Made by a program: the position numbers and the translations under genes | In this document: one piece after another, positions 43,840-53,063 of the stretch | Position numbering within the stretch: the first letter of the stretch is position 1 | Layout of the letters: each line of letters starts with the position of its first letter | Origin: a virus | Taxonomy: Duplodnaviria > Heunggongvirae > Uroviricota > Caudoviricetes | Virus record (IMG/VR): IMGVR_UViG_3300035501_000173 | Reading direction: 5' to 3' (one strand) | DNA length: 64,000 bases | Notes under the pieces: generated by a model | Told to the model about the DNA's origin: nothing | Database searches by the model: none | The model's input: the letters and a program-made list of their open reading frames with translations, nothing else

Positions 43840-45402
43840 TTAAAAGTTTTGAAATTCACCACGTAAAATGTTATCTCCTTGAATAATATCATAAGACACT
43901 CCATAAGAGTTTCTAGAGAAATTAAATGCACTGTAATCACTTGCACCATACAAACTCAATACATTTCTATAATCGAATTTAAAGCAAGAAGAGTAAGCAC
44001 TTGAATGTAAGTCGCCTTTAATAATGTGAACATTCTTACTTTGTTCATTATTATTATCAAGAACTTCATACAAGAAGCCTCTAGACTTATCATCCAAATT
44101 AAGAGGAAGACCTCTTTTCATAAATTTCTGATCTTTGCCATGAGTTAAATAGAAACTATGAACTCCTTCTTCAAATTTACCTAAGAAAGTATCAAACAGT
44201 ACAGTTTCATACCCAAGAGAATTTAAAGCAGCAAACAATGCTTTAGTAGCAACATATTCAAATGCGCCAGTATGATTACCACATCTTACTGAATAAAAGC
44301 GAATACATGGAGCTACTTCAAGCTTCTTTAATTGCTCTACAAACTTCATCATTACTGAAATATAGACATTAGCTTGTTCAAAACCATCCATATTCTCAGG
44401 CATGTAATGATCAAGTCTATTAGTCATATTAGCAGGCCCACAACAATCCATCATATCACCCATTAAGCAAACATTTAATCTGTCTACTTTACCAAGTGTT
44501 TCAAGTCTTGCTGCAACTTGATGAAGTCTGCGATAAACTTCATTCATTCCATAATTCTTATTTTCATCATATAATGTACCAGATTCTACTGCTGCACCTA
44601 CGTGCATATCAGCTAAGTAAAGATTGAGACTTCTACCATAAGAAGTTTCTTTCTCAACTGCAGGGCAATCTGGAATATTAAGAACTTTGAATGAAAGATT
44701 CTCTTGTTTAGTAAGTTGCTTCTTTAATTCTATATTCTCTTTAGCATACTTCTTACAAAGATTACTTGTATCTCGTATAGCATCCTCTTCTGCTTTACGC
44801 ATAAAGTCATTCTCCTTCTCACGACTTTGCATAGCGCGTAATTCATCAATGCTTAATTCCTCAATCATATGAGGAGGGAATGGAGAACTTGCTTTATAAA
44901 TACCAAAAGCAGAAAGAATTCTTTTAAAATCAACTAAAGATAAATCAGGGAAGTGTCGTACAATTTCACGTTGTGTTAGTGATACTCCGTAATATGAATA
45001 TAATCTATATACAGTAAACATCTCCTCTCTACTAAGTTTACCAATAAGAGGAGTTTTGTTCTTACGATATATCTTATAAGTATAATACACTATTTTACCA
45101 TCGGAGTTACGTTCATAACCAACTTCGGTGGCATTTAGTGATTCTACTTCTTCTACAGAGACCGGTTCTTCTGACTCAATCTTATCATATTGTTCATTCT
45201 TATTAACTATAGAATTATATAAGTTAACTACTTCGTTATAAGATTCTGTAGAGTGATCCATAGTCCTGCGGTATTCGTGCATACGATCATAGATTGACTG
45301 TTTCTTAATATCGTTAGCAGAGCAATATGCAGAAATAGACAGACCACTATCTTTAATAGCTTTAAGAGTTTCAATAAATGATAAAATTGTTTTTTCTTTC
45401 AT
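43840..45402 (-). CDS. Calcineurin-like metallophosphoesterase with an N-terminal domain of unknown function (~250 aa).
   Basis: Motifs LADMHVG (DxH), LMGDMMDC (GDxxD), RCGNHTG (GNH), LTHGKD and IKGDLHSS. Confidence 0.5.
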   Translation of the reverse strand: MKEKTILSFIETLKAIKDSGLSISAYCSANDIKKQSIYDRMHEYRRTMDHSTESYNEVVNLYNSIVNKNEQYDKIESEEPVSVEEVESLNATEVGYERNSDGKIVYYTYKIYRKNKTPLIGKLSREEMFTVYRLYSYYGVSLTQREIVRHFPDLSLVDFKRILSAFGIYKASSPFPPHMIEELSIDELRAMQSREKENDFMRKAEEDAIRDTSNLCKKYAKENIELKKQLTKQENLSFKVLNIPDCPAVEKETSYGRSLNLYLADMHVGAAVESGTLYDENKNYGMNEVYRRLHQVAARLETLGKVDRLNVCLMGDMMDCCGPANMTNRLDHYMPENMDGFEQANVYISVMMKFVEQLKKLEVAPCIRFYSVRCGNHTGAFEYVATKALFAALNSLGYETVLFDTFLGKFEEGVHSFYLTHGKDQKFMKRGLPLNLDDKSRGFLYEVLDNNNEQSKNVHIIKGDLHSSAYSSCFKFDYRNVLSLYGASDYSAFNFSRNSYGVSYDIIQGDNILRGEFQNF

Positions 45403-45482
45403 ATAGTTTATTTATAATTAGGTAGCATTTACGCCGTTATAGTATTTCATCTTTTTATTTAGTTTATCTATATACGAAAATA

Positions 45483-45512
45483 GGGCGGAATCTCACGACT
45501 CCACCCTACTTT
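45483..45512 (-). terminator. Rho-independent terminator downstream of the GC-rich gene.
   Basis: Minus-strand read is GGGTGGAGTCGTGAGATTCCGCCC followed by TATTTT. Confidence 0.45.
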
Positions 45513-45533
45513 ATGATTCAATTTACTTTATAA

Positions 45534-46136
45534 TTAGTTCTCGTTACCAAATACAATCCAACGACCAGACTTAGCTGACTTAGACGGAGTGTACTCGATA
45601 GTAAATGCAAGAGGCTCACCCTCAGCTACAACCTTACCCTTAGTACAAACGAGCTTGCCATGGAAGCCATTAGAAATCAACTCCTTAGCCTTCTGCTTTG
45701 CATCAGCCTTAGTAGTATCAACTACTGCAAGAGTCTTACCACTTGCGGGGTCGATAATGTTATAAACACTCTTCCACTTACGCTTACCCTGCTCATTCTT
45801 AACATCGGTAACAGTCCAAGGACGCTCACGAGTATCCTTAACAGCAGAATCGAGAGTAATGATATAACCCAAACCCGGAGCACACTTGCCCTTAGCCTGC
45901 ATATAATCAAGCATAAACTGCTTAACATCCTTCTCGGTTACTGCACCAGTGAGCTTAGACAAATACTTGCGATATGCCTGAGTAGCATCACCATTAATAA
46001 TAAACTTCAAATCGGCTGCATTGATTGCCTCTTCCTTAGTTGCACCTACGATTTCCAATTTCTTAAAAGACATTACTGAATTTGTTGCCATAATAGTAAA
46101 TAAATTTAAAACATTAACATTAATCATTCCCATCAC
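45534..46136 (-). CDS. Hypothetical Lys-rich protein with atypical GC-rich, host-like codon usage. The true start is possibly at M16 (MATNSVMSF…, nt 46091).
   Basis: ORF of 200 aa. It strongly prefers AAG, CGT, GGT and CTC codons, unlike the rest of the window. Local GC is about 40-43% against about 30% elsewhere. Confidence 0.6.
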   Translation of the reverse strand: MMGMINVNVLNLFTIMATNSVMSFKKLEIVGATKEEAINAADLKFIINGDATQAYRKYLSKLTGAVTEKDVKQFMLDYMQAKGKCAPGLGYIITLDSAVKDTRERPWTVTDVKNEQGKRKWKSVYNIIDPASGKTLAVVDTTKADAKQKAKELISNGFHGKLVCTKGKVVAEGEPLAFTIEYTPSKSAKSGRWIVFGNEN

Positions 46137-46229
46137 TCATTGACAGGTTTTGTATCTGATTATTTAACCAGCGTGATACAATAATACCCATTATCACGAA
46201 TTTTCAAAATCTACTTATGTAAAAATTTG

Positions 46230-46568
46230 TTAAAATGGTAGCTGGTCACGAAGTAGTTTTGTAATTTGTGCAGGCATGTCTTTTGCTTTCATACCCAAGT
46301 CTGGAAACTTTTTACACCCATCAGAAAACCACTCACAAACTAAAGAAAGAACCTCTATTAGATTGTCATCAATAGGTTCTCCCTTAGTACACATGCGAAT
46401 CACTTCGTAATGTGTTATTCCAGGTTTTTTCTGCTTAAGAGCATTTGTAAGATAACAAATAGTACTAATAAGTCCTATTTTATCTCCTAAATCTTCAGAA
46501 GCAGGAATTCCAAAGAATAATTCATGTTTTAGGCGATATTGCCAATCTTTATATCTATTCGTATCCAT
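46230..46568 (-). CDS. Hypothetical protein.
   Basis: ORF of 112 aa. Confidence 0.5.
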   Translation of the reverse strand: MDTNRYKDWQYRLKHELFFGIPASEDLGDKIGLISTICYLTNALKQKKPGITHYEVIRMCTKGEPIDDNLIEVLSLVCEWFSDGCKKFPDLGMKAKDMPAQITKLLRDQLPF

Positions 46569-47598
46569 AAGCTTTATACCAAGCGATTAATTTAAGTAAC
46601 CAGATAAATTCAACTACCCCAGCTTTATACCAGTGCTTTTTCATAGAAACAACACTACTATTAAACTTGTCTGTAGTTTCAACTACTAAAAAATTACCAC
46701 TAACAGAAGGATTTTTCAAATCATACTTATCAGCACCAAGCTGTAATAACCAAGTATAGAAAGCAATCTCTCTATAATAATGGAAATTCTTAACGGCATA
46801 ATTAAATCCATCTAAAGGCTTTCCAGTAGTTTTAACATCATTAATCACAATAGAATTATTTAATTGATCAATGGTGTAATTATCCAGTTTAGCTTTTAAC
46901 TTCATAATGAAAGGTTCTACATCAGGTAGATTTACTTCTACATCTAATAGTATAGTAGTTTCATTATAGCTAGGAAGCTCATTATCTAGAATGTCTTTAG
47001 GATGTAACAATTTCTGTATAGCTTTATTAGCTTCTATAGAACTCATTACATTCTGCAATCTATCTAATGAATTAGCATCCAAATAAATTGGCTTACGAGT
47101 ATCAGTAGAAGATTGCTCAAATTTAAACCTTTCTTTAAAATAAGGCTTGATAGTTGCTTTAACTTTGCTTAATTGATTTGCTGTTAAGAAACCATGATAA
47201 TAATCAACTGTACTAGCAGCATCTCTAATTTTTTCATCGTCAGGCAATTCTCCAGTTTTACTTGCATATCCCCAAAGTAAATCAGCCATCATTCCTACCT
47301 TAGCGGAAGGAGCTTTAACGTCTTCACAAAGGAAAAAGGTGTCAGGTTGCAAGCTGAGTTCATGCACTGCCGAACCAAAAGCTAAACTAGATGAAAACTT
47401 GTTATGTTTTGATAGCCCTTCAAAGAAATCTTTAGGACAACCTCCTTGCATTGGGTTAATTAAACCCATTCTTGAGTTACTAATGTAATCTGCATACTCT
47501 TTACCAAAATATACAGAATCATCAATATCAGTTATCTTTAAAGTTTCTACTAAAGGCTTAATAGTTACTTTAGATAACATTTGCTTATTTGGAATCAT
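46555..47598 (-). CDS. Hypothetical protein, possibly a PD-(D/E)XK (YqaJ or lambda-Exo-like) exonuclease.
   Basis: D…EVN…KLKAKLD…INDVKTTGK arrangement resembling a D/ExK nuclease core. This is a weak call. Confidence 0.3.
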   Translation of the reverse strand: MIPNKQMLSKVTIKPLVETLKITDIDDSVYFGKEYADYISNSRMGLINPMQGGCPKDFFEGLSKHNKFSSSLAFGSAVHELSLQPDTFFLCEDVKAPSAKVGMMADLLWGYASKTGELPDDEKIRDAASTVDYYHGFLTANQLSKVKATIKPYFKERFKFEQSSTDTRKPIYLDANSLDRLQNVMSSIEANKAIQKLLHPKDILDNELPSYNETTILLDVEVNLPDVEPFIMKLKAKLDNYTIDQLNNSIVINDVKTTGKPLDGFNYAVKNFHYYREIAFYTWLLQLGADKYDLKNPSVSGNFLVVETTDKFNSSVVSMKKHWYKAGVVEFIWLLKLIAWYKAYGYE

Positions 47599-48113
47599 AT
47601 TAACGCTCTAAAGTTAGGTAGTATATCTGCCTTGAATAACTCATAGGCATCTTCTATCTCATACTTATCAAGTGAATACACCCTTCCAATAGGCCCCCAA
47701 TCTTCATTAGATTCAGAATCCATAAGAAGACAGGGAACTCCAGCTAAATTCATAGCTATGAAATTAGATACAGAATCGTCTACAAAGACATCAACTCTAC
47801 CTTTAATTACATCAGCTTTGTTTTTTCGCTGGCTACATATTTGATATACAGGAGCTTCTGGGTAAGAATGCTCTTGTAACCATTGCTTTGTCCACGGTTT
47901 CGGATTAACTCGCTTACTGCAATACAAAGCTACATCAAAATTAGGTTTATGTTTTTCTGGCAAACCTAACCAAAAATCTTTGTCTTTAATCAAAACTCTT
48001 TGTACGTGTTTTGTAATTACACTATCACTAGCAGGCATACCAAATCTTTCGATATAGCATCTCCACCAGTAATTACATGTATCATCACAATCTAATCCAA
48101 TGCGTAACTTCAT
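47595..48113 (-). CDS. HAD-like phosphatase or 5'(3')-deoxyribonucleotidase-like protein.
   Basis: N-terminal sequence IGLDCDDTCNYW, with a DxDxT-like motif. Confidence 0.3.
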   Translation of the reverse strand: MKLRIGLDCDDTCNYWWRCYIERFGMPASDSVITKHVQRVLIKDKDFWLGLPEKHKPNFDVALYCSKRVNPKPWTKQWLQEHSYPEAPVYQICSQRKNKADVIKGRVDVFVDDSVSNFIAMNLAGVPCLLMDSESNEDWGPIGRVYSLDKYEIEDAYELFKADILPNFRALI

Positions 48114-48130
48114 AATTTCGTCTACAATGG

Positions 48131-48418
48131 CTAATTAACTTCTATAACTTTAAAATTCTTATTAATATCAGTTTCTACTTCTTTATCGTATGGATATACG
48201 TAAAAAGCGTGCTGCAAATCTTCCCAACAGGATTCATATTCTAATTGAAATCCTTCTTTTGTAGCCCACTTAGAACGTTTTTTATCACGTCTGCACATAT
48301 CCAAATAATGCTGAAATTCCTCCTCGAAAGTTAGAACCTCAGCATTTTGTATTTTAGGTTTACACCTATGCAGTACTAATAATTTATGTTCCTTACGATA
48401 AGTTTCATCAAAGTTCAT
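48131..48418 (-). CDS. Hypothetical protein.
   Basis: ORF of 95 aa. Confidence 0.45.
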   Translation of the reverse strand: MNFDETYRKEHKLLVLHRCKPKIQNAEVLTFEEEFQHYLDMCRRDKKRSKWATKEGFQLEYESCWEDLQHAFYVYPYDKEVETDINKNFKVIEVN

Positions 48419-49433
48419 GTTTTAACAATTGATAAAATAATGTATCAGGTAATACAACTAACTAATGATTTAAATCGTTTTCTACACTTTGCTAAATTAA
48501 AATTTCAACATCTTTTAAATCGTTTATAATATAAGGTATTTCTAACAGTTTAATTTTATTATCTTTGCAGAATTTTCTAATATAATTGTCTCGAATTTGC
48601 TAATCTTCTAATTTTAATTCTCCTCCAAACTATTTAACTGGCACATAATGCTAAATCCCATTATATTCTATAAATATATTACAGTCTGGTAAATAAAAAT
48701 CAACATAACAATATCCAGATACACGAATATCTTTTGGAGCTTGAATTCTATACTGCGAAACATAATTAATATTTAAGTTTTTTAAAACTGTTTCCACTAA
48801 AAATTCACCCTTAGACTAATTACATTTAGGACACCTTGCATGATTATGTAGGTGGTCATGAGCATTCTAAGTAATTTCTCCATGTATAGGGCAAATATAT
48901 GTAATTTTGTTCTCAATTCCAGTATATATTGTATTAGAATAATTATAATCAGGATTTAATTTCTGACATCTAGAAATAAATTCTTCTTGCGACATTAATA
49001 ATTTTTCAGATATACTTTTTCTACCACATTTTGAACATCCTTTCCCAGACAAATGATTTGCAGGATCCTGTAAAAATTCACCATGTTCAGGACATATTAT
49101 TATACCTTTAGTTCTGCAATTAATATAATTAAATTTACTATAATCATACTTATTATTATGAACTGCATTAGCATCTTTTATAAAACTATCTATATCTTTA
49201 GCTCTATCATTACTTAGTTTCTAAAATTTACATTTTGGGCAACCCTAGCCTTTTGTATGAGCATCCGGTGTTTGCCAAAATTCTCCATGTTCATTACCAT
49301 TAACGTCAAGTTCATGACAAATTATACACACTTTATCTTTTTTAGTATGATACTCAGCTTTAGAATAATCATATTTATTACCATGAGCTTCCTAAGCCTA
49401 CTCTACAAATTCAGCGGTTGTTAACTTTCTCAT
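48408..49433 (-). CDS. Freestanding homing-endonuclease-like protein with tandem Zn-ribbon repeats and a C-terminal Vsr/DUF559-like PD-(D/E)XK domain. It is written with about 11 in-frame TAG sense codons.
   Basis: Manual translation through TAG gives MRKLTTAEFVEqAqEAHGNKYDYSKAEY…CIICHELDVNGNEHGEFWQTPDAHTKGqGCPKC, with the repeat (NKYDYSK…HGEF…GCxKC) occurring three times. The C-terminus reads GYCYVDFYLPDCNIFIEYNGIqHYV…IRKFCKDNKIKLLEIPY. There is no TAA or TGA until 48408-10. Confidence 0.55.
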
Positions 49434-49959
49434 TTTTTAATAAATTGTATAAAACCTCTTTGGGCAATATTACATAATCAGTAGATATAGAATTAACTTT
49501 TTGTTTCCTCCAAAATACAACTAATGGTCTATCCTTTAAAGGGCAACCTTCAGTAATGGTTTCAATATTTGGAGTATTTAAAGTTGCTTTACATTGAATA
49601 TAAAATGGAAGTTTATCTTCAGTTTCAGCAATATCTACCTTAGAGTTATCTAAATTTCTATCTTGGGATCTAGAAGATACTAATCCTGCATAACCTAATT
49701 CGGTTAATTCTTTGATAATATCTAGTTCAAATCTATTTCCTTTAGATTTACTCTTTTTTGCTTGATAAGCCCTAAATGTAGTGTTATCAACCCATTTACA
49801 AGAAATTTTATCTTTCTTACCTGTAGAACCTTCTCTAGATTTATTACATCTAATTTTAATAGATGCCTCTGACAATCCAGATTCAGTGCTTGCAGCTACT
49901 AAATTGGGATAAGTTTTTACAACACCATCTTTATAGGTAATAATTACACTGGTATTCAA
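49411..49959 (-). CDS. Hypothetical protein, possibly a nuclease or DNA-binding protein.
   Basis: ORF of 182 aa with the segment KGNRFELDIIKELTELGY. Confidence 0.45.
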   Translation of the reverse strand: MNTSVIITYKDGVVKTYPNLVAASTESGLSEASIKIRCNKSREGSTGKKDKISCKWVDNTTFRAYQAKKSKSKGNRFELDIIKELTELGYAGLVSSRSQDRNLDNSKVDIAETEDKLPFYIQCKATLNTPNIETITEGCPLKDRPLVVFWRKQKVNSISTDYVILPKEVLYNLLKNEKVNNR

Positions 49960-50978
49960 TTCTTTCTATGATTTCTTAGCCATTTTATAAATTGAGTTAT
50001 TAAATCAAGTGTGAGTTGTCGTCCTCTATTCTTATACAAGTCACTAATATCTTTTGCTTCATACTTTCTAGGAATCCATGTATAAATAAGTTCTGGATGT
50101 GCCTGCTTAATTTTTCGCATACCAGTCAAACCTGCTAAATCGTTATCATAAAGTACTACAATATGCTTGAAACGCTTTTTTAATTGTTCCAATACTGTAT
50201 CAGAAATAAAGAGATTTTCACTATTAGGAGCAATAGCATTAATCCCAAACTCATACAACAACATGCAGTCCTTCATAGACTTCGTAATTACTAGCAGATT
50301 ACCTTTCTTAGGAAGCATTTCAAAACCCTGTATTTTCTTAGCAGGCCAATTAGTAAGAAATCTAATACCACTACTTTTATTTTGTGGATAATAGATTCTC
50401 CATAATTCTTTACCGTCTAACTTGCCTCCATAATATCCAAACACTCTCATAGAAGAAGTAACAATACTAAATAAATTATCATTAAGGAATACAGACTTAC
50501 AAGAAAACACTCTAAACTTATTTAGAGTCTTCTTAGTAATACCATATTGTAACCACCAATCTAATTCATCTTTAGTATAGTCCTTTATCTCTACTTGAAT
50601 TTTAGACTTACCTGCATCTTCAAATTTTTTAGTATTTGTCGTGCGGATTCCAGGGTTTACTTGTAAGTGCTTAAACGACTTTAAGCCTAAGTCATTAGCA
50701 ATGGTACACAGAGCTTGATAAAATGTCAAGTCATGTATAGCCATTACTAATGAAAAGCAACTATAAAAATCTCCTGTTGCAAAGTCATGTAAGTATAACT
50801 CACCTTTACTATTGCGATAAAAACCACATGTAGGTTTATTATCATTTCTTAGTCTACTTCGTATCAGTTTCTTACTAATATTAGGTATTCCTAAGTAATA
50901 ACAGAATATTTCTTCCTCAGTAACTTTTGATAAGATAAATTCCTTAGTTATAGATTCTCCAAATGTAAATTCAAACAT
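49956..50978 (-). CDS. DnaG/TOPRIM-like DNA primase.
   Basis: C-terminal TOPRIM DxD motif VVLYDNDLAG. N-terminal Cys/His cluster CGFY…H…C. Confidence 0.4.
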   Translation of the reverse strand: MFEFTFGESITKEFILSKVTEEEIFCYYLGIPNISKKLIRSRLRNDNKPTCGFYRNSKGELYLHDFATGDFYSCFSLVMAIHDLTFYQALCTIANDLGLKSFKHLQVNPGIRTTNTKKFEDAGKSKIQVEIKDYTKDELDWWLQYGITKKTLNKFRVFSCKSVFLNDNLFSIVTSSMRVFGYYGGKLDGKELWRIYYPQNKSSGIRFLTNWPAKKIQGFEMLPKKGNLLVITKSMKDCMLLYEFGINAIAPNSENLFISDTVLEQLKKRFKHIVVLYDNDLAGLTGMRKIKQAHPELIYTWIPRKYEAKDISDLYKNRGRQLTLDLITQFIKWLRNHRKN

Positions 50979-51032
50979 AGTTCATATTAACAATTTAGAG
51001 TAAATATAACTAACTCAGTTTATATTTCAAAA

Positions 51033-51746
51033 TTAGAGTCCTGCGAGCATGTCTTGAAGATCATCTGTAGCTGCAGCATCAATATCAGAGTTATCAGTAG
51101 TCTGATCCAATGCTTTATCAGCAGGCATCGCAGTTGGAGTAGCTGATTCAAACTCCTGACGTTTCTTCTCCTCACTAGGAGTAAAACCGAGTCCCTTCTC
51201 TTCAAGAGCTAAAAAGTTATTGCTTACATAAGCATCACCACTCTCTTTATTAATGGAAGTGTAATATGGAAGAGCGGCGTAAGTCACACCATCTTTTACT
51301 CTACCAACGAGCTTTAGATATACATCCTTACCCTTCTTCTCATTAAGAAGTTTCTGTGCCATAGTAGCTACATCTTTAAAAGACTTTGCATTACCAACAA
51401 CTTTCTTCAACTTCTCAAAACCCTCCTTATTAATAATAGCCAAGCAGTGTGCAAAGAACATCATTGCTCTATCAGCATTAGAAGGATTCTCACCACCCCA
51501 ATTATTAGGAGTACGTTCAACATCTTGACCCTTTACATCAGGGAGGAATAGGTTCTCTTCATAATACCCATGCTCTCCTTCAAAACGTACTTTAAAGATG
51601 TCGTAATCAGTACCATTCTTTTCAGAATGAAGTACATCTACCTTACTCTCTACAAACTTAACCTTGTTAATAGAGAAAGGACGTAAACGCTTATCAGAAG
51701 CAACACCTGTGGTATTAGTAAGACCACCAAAATTAAAACTACTCAT
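51033..51746 (-). CDS. Putative ssDNA-binding protein with an acidic C-terminal tail.
   Basis: 237 aa ending …DIDAAATDDLQDMLAGL, found in the replication module. OB-fold is not verified. Confidence 0.35.
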   Translation of the reverse strand: MSSFNFGGLTNTTGVASDKRLRPFSINKVKFVESKVDVLHSEKNGTDYDIFKVRFEGEHGYYEENLFLPDVKGQDVERTPNNWGGENPSNADRAMMFFAHCLAIINKEGFEKLKKVVGNAKSFKDVATMAQKLLNEKKGKDVYLKLVGRVKDGVTYAALPYYTSINKESGDAYVSNNFLALEEKGLGFTPSEEKKRQEFESATPTAMPADKALDQTTDNSDIDAAATDDLQDMLAGL

Positions 51747-51784
51747 TTTCTTTCTAATTTAAATTAAACTACAAAAATTTTTAA

Positions 51785-52387
51785 TTACAAACTTGCTAAC
51801 ATGGCTTGAAAATCATCACCATCAATCTCTTCTGCATCTTCTGGAATATCATCATTTAATTGATCCAAGTTCTCAGATAAACCTTCTGGAAGATCTACAT
51901 CTTCTACAAGATTATCATCACTTTCTACAGGTTCTGGAGTTTTATCGCCTTTAAGAATAAATGTTCCATCCTCTGTAGCTTCCAAAGTAAATACAGTACC
52001 ATAAGCTGCAAGTGCATCATGATTAGCACCTCTACAAGCTACGGTAAAAGATTTAGTAAGACGATTACCTGACTTACATTTAAATGCTTCATCAGTTCCT
52101 AATACAGGAGTTTGAACCTTATCAATTTTTCTAAACTTGATATTAAGCTTAGCTTCGGGTTCTACACCCATAAGTTCAACAGCTGCTGTATTTAGCGTGT
52201 ACTTATTATCTGCTAGTATAAGTTGAGGTTCAGAAGATTCACCTTTCTTTGCCTTCTTGGGTTTAGCGGCAGTAGCTGGAATCAAGTCTTTAACTTCTCC
52301 AGTATTAGGATTAACTGCTACAAACTTATTTGCACTCTCATCAAACATCAAATTCCACGCTTCCATATTAGTCTTCTCCATTTTCAA
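51785..52387 (-). CDS. Hypothetical protein with an acidic C-terminal tail (…DGDDFQAMLASL) paralogous to the tail of the SSB-like neighbour.
   Basis: ORF of 200 aa. Confidence 0.5.
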   Translation of the reverse strand: MKMEKTNMEAWNLMFDESANKFVAVNPNTGEVKDLIPATAAKPKKAKKGESSEPQLILADNKYTLNTAAVELMGVEPEAKLNIKFRKIDKVQTPVLGTDEAFKCKSGNRLTKSFTVACRGANHDALAAYGTVFTLEATEDGTFILKGDKTPEPVESDDNLVEDVDLPEGLSENLDQLNDDIPEDAEEIDGDDFQAMLASL

Positions 52388-53063
52388 ATTTGTTAATTGT
52401 ATCTATAACGAGCTTCATGTTAGGTTCAATGTACTTATCAGCAAAACATCCAGCAACAGTACGACATGTATCATTACCATTAGTTTTAGTTCTAAATCTA
52501 TACTGAACTTCATCATTTTCATCTTTAACTACGTCTGAGTAAATTATGTAACTGAACAAACCATCCAATACTACAGTTTTATCTAGCATTTTACCAGATG
52601 AATATAGCTTGTAAGTAGGTTCCATATCTGTACCATCATTAATAATATGAGAAATAATTACTACAGTCAAATCATCTCGGAGTTTATCAGCTCCTGTCAT
52701 AAGATCATAATAATTCTTAGCTTGTTGTGTAAACTTCTCAAAACCTTTTACAAGAGCATTCTCCATAATTTCATTACTTAAACAGTAATTAATATCATCA
52801 AGAACAATAACTTTAATATCCTCTCTAGTAGAAGATACAAGTTTCAAGATTTTACCAATATTCTCATAATTATTACTAACATACCAATTTCCTTCAAGCT
52901 TACCTCCATTAGTTGTTACCTTCTTATATTTCTTACGAAATCCAGGTATTTGTAACTGTTTGTTAGTACAGCTAACAATAAAAGTTTCTTCAGGATCTAA
53001 GTATCTTAATGATGTACTCTTACCAGTATTACTGAATCCAGCTACGCAAATTACATTGCTCAT
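52368..53063 (-). CDS. P-loop NTPase.
   Basis: Walker A motif VAGFSNTGKSTSL and a Walker B-like motif IVLDDINY. Confidence 0.5.
   Translation of the reverse strand: MSNVICVAGFSNTGKSTSLRYLDPEETFIVSCTNKQLQIPGFRKKYKKVTTNGGKLEGNWYVSNNYENIGKILKLVSSTREDIKVIVLDDINYCLSNEIMENALVKGFEKFTQQAKNYYDLMTGADKLRDDLTVVIISHIINDGTDMEPTYKLYSSGKMLDKTVVLDGLFSYIIYSDVVKDENDEVQYRFRTKTNGNDTCRTVAGCFADKYIEPNMKLVIDTINKFENGED

Noticed and set aside
46173-46197. Palindrome GTGATA-n13-TATCAC upstream of the GC-rich gene, considered as an operator.
   Set aside because: A 6-bp inverted repeat is expected by chance many times in 64 kb of AT-rich DNA, so it is not individually significant.
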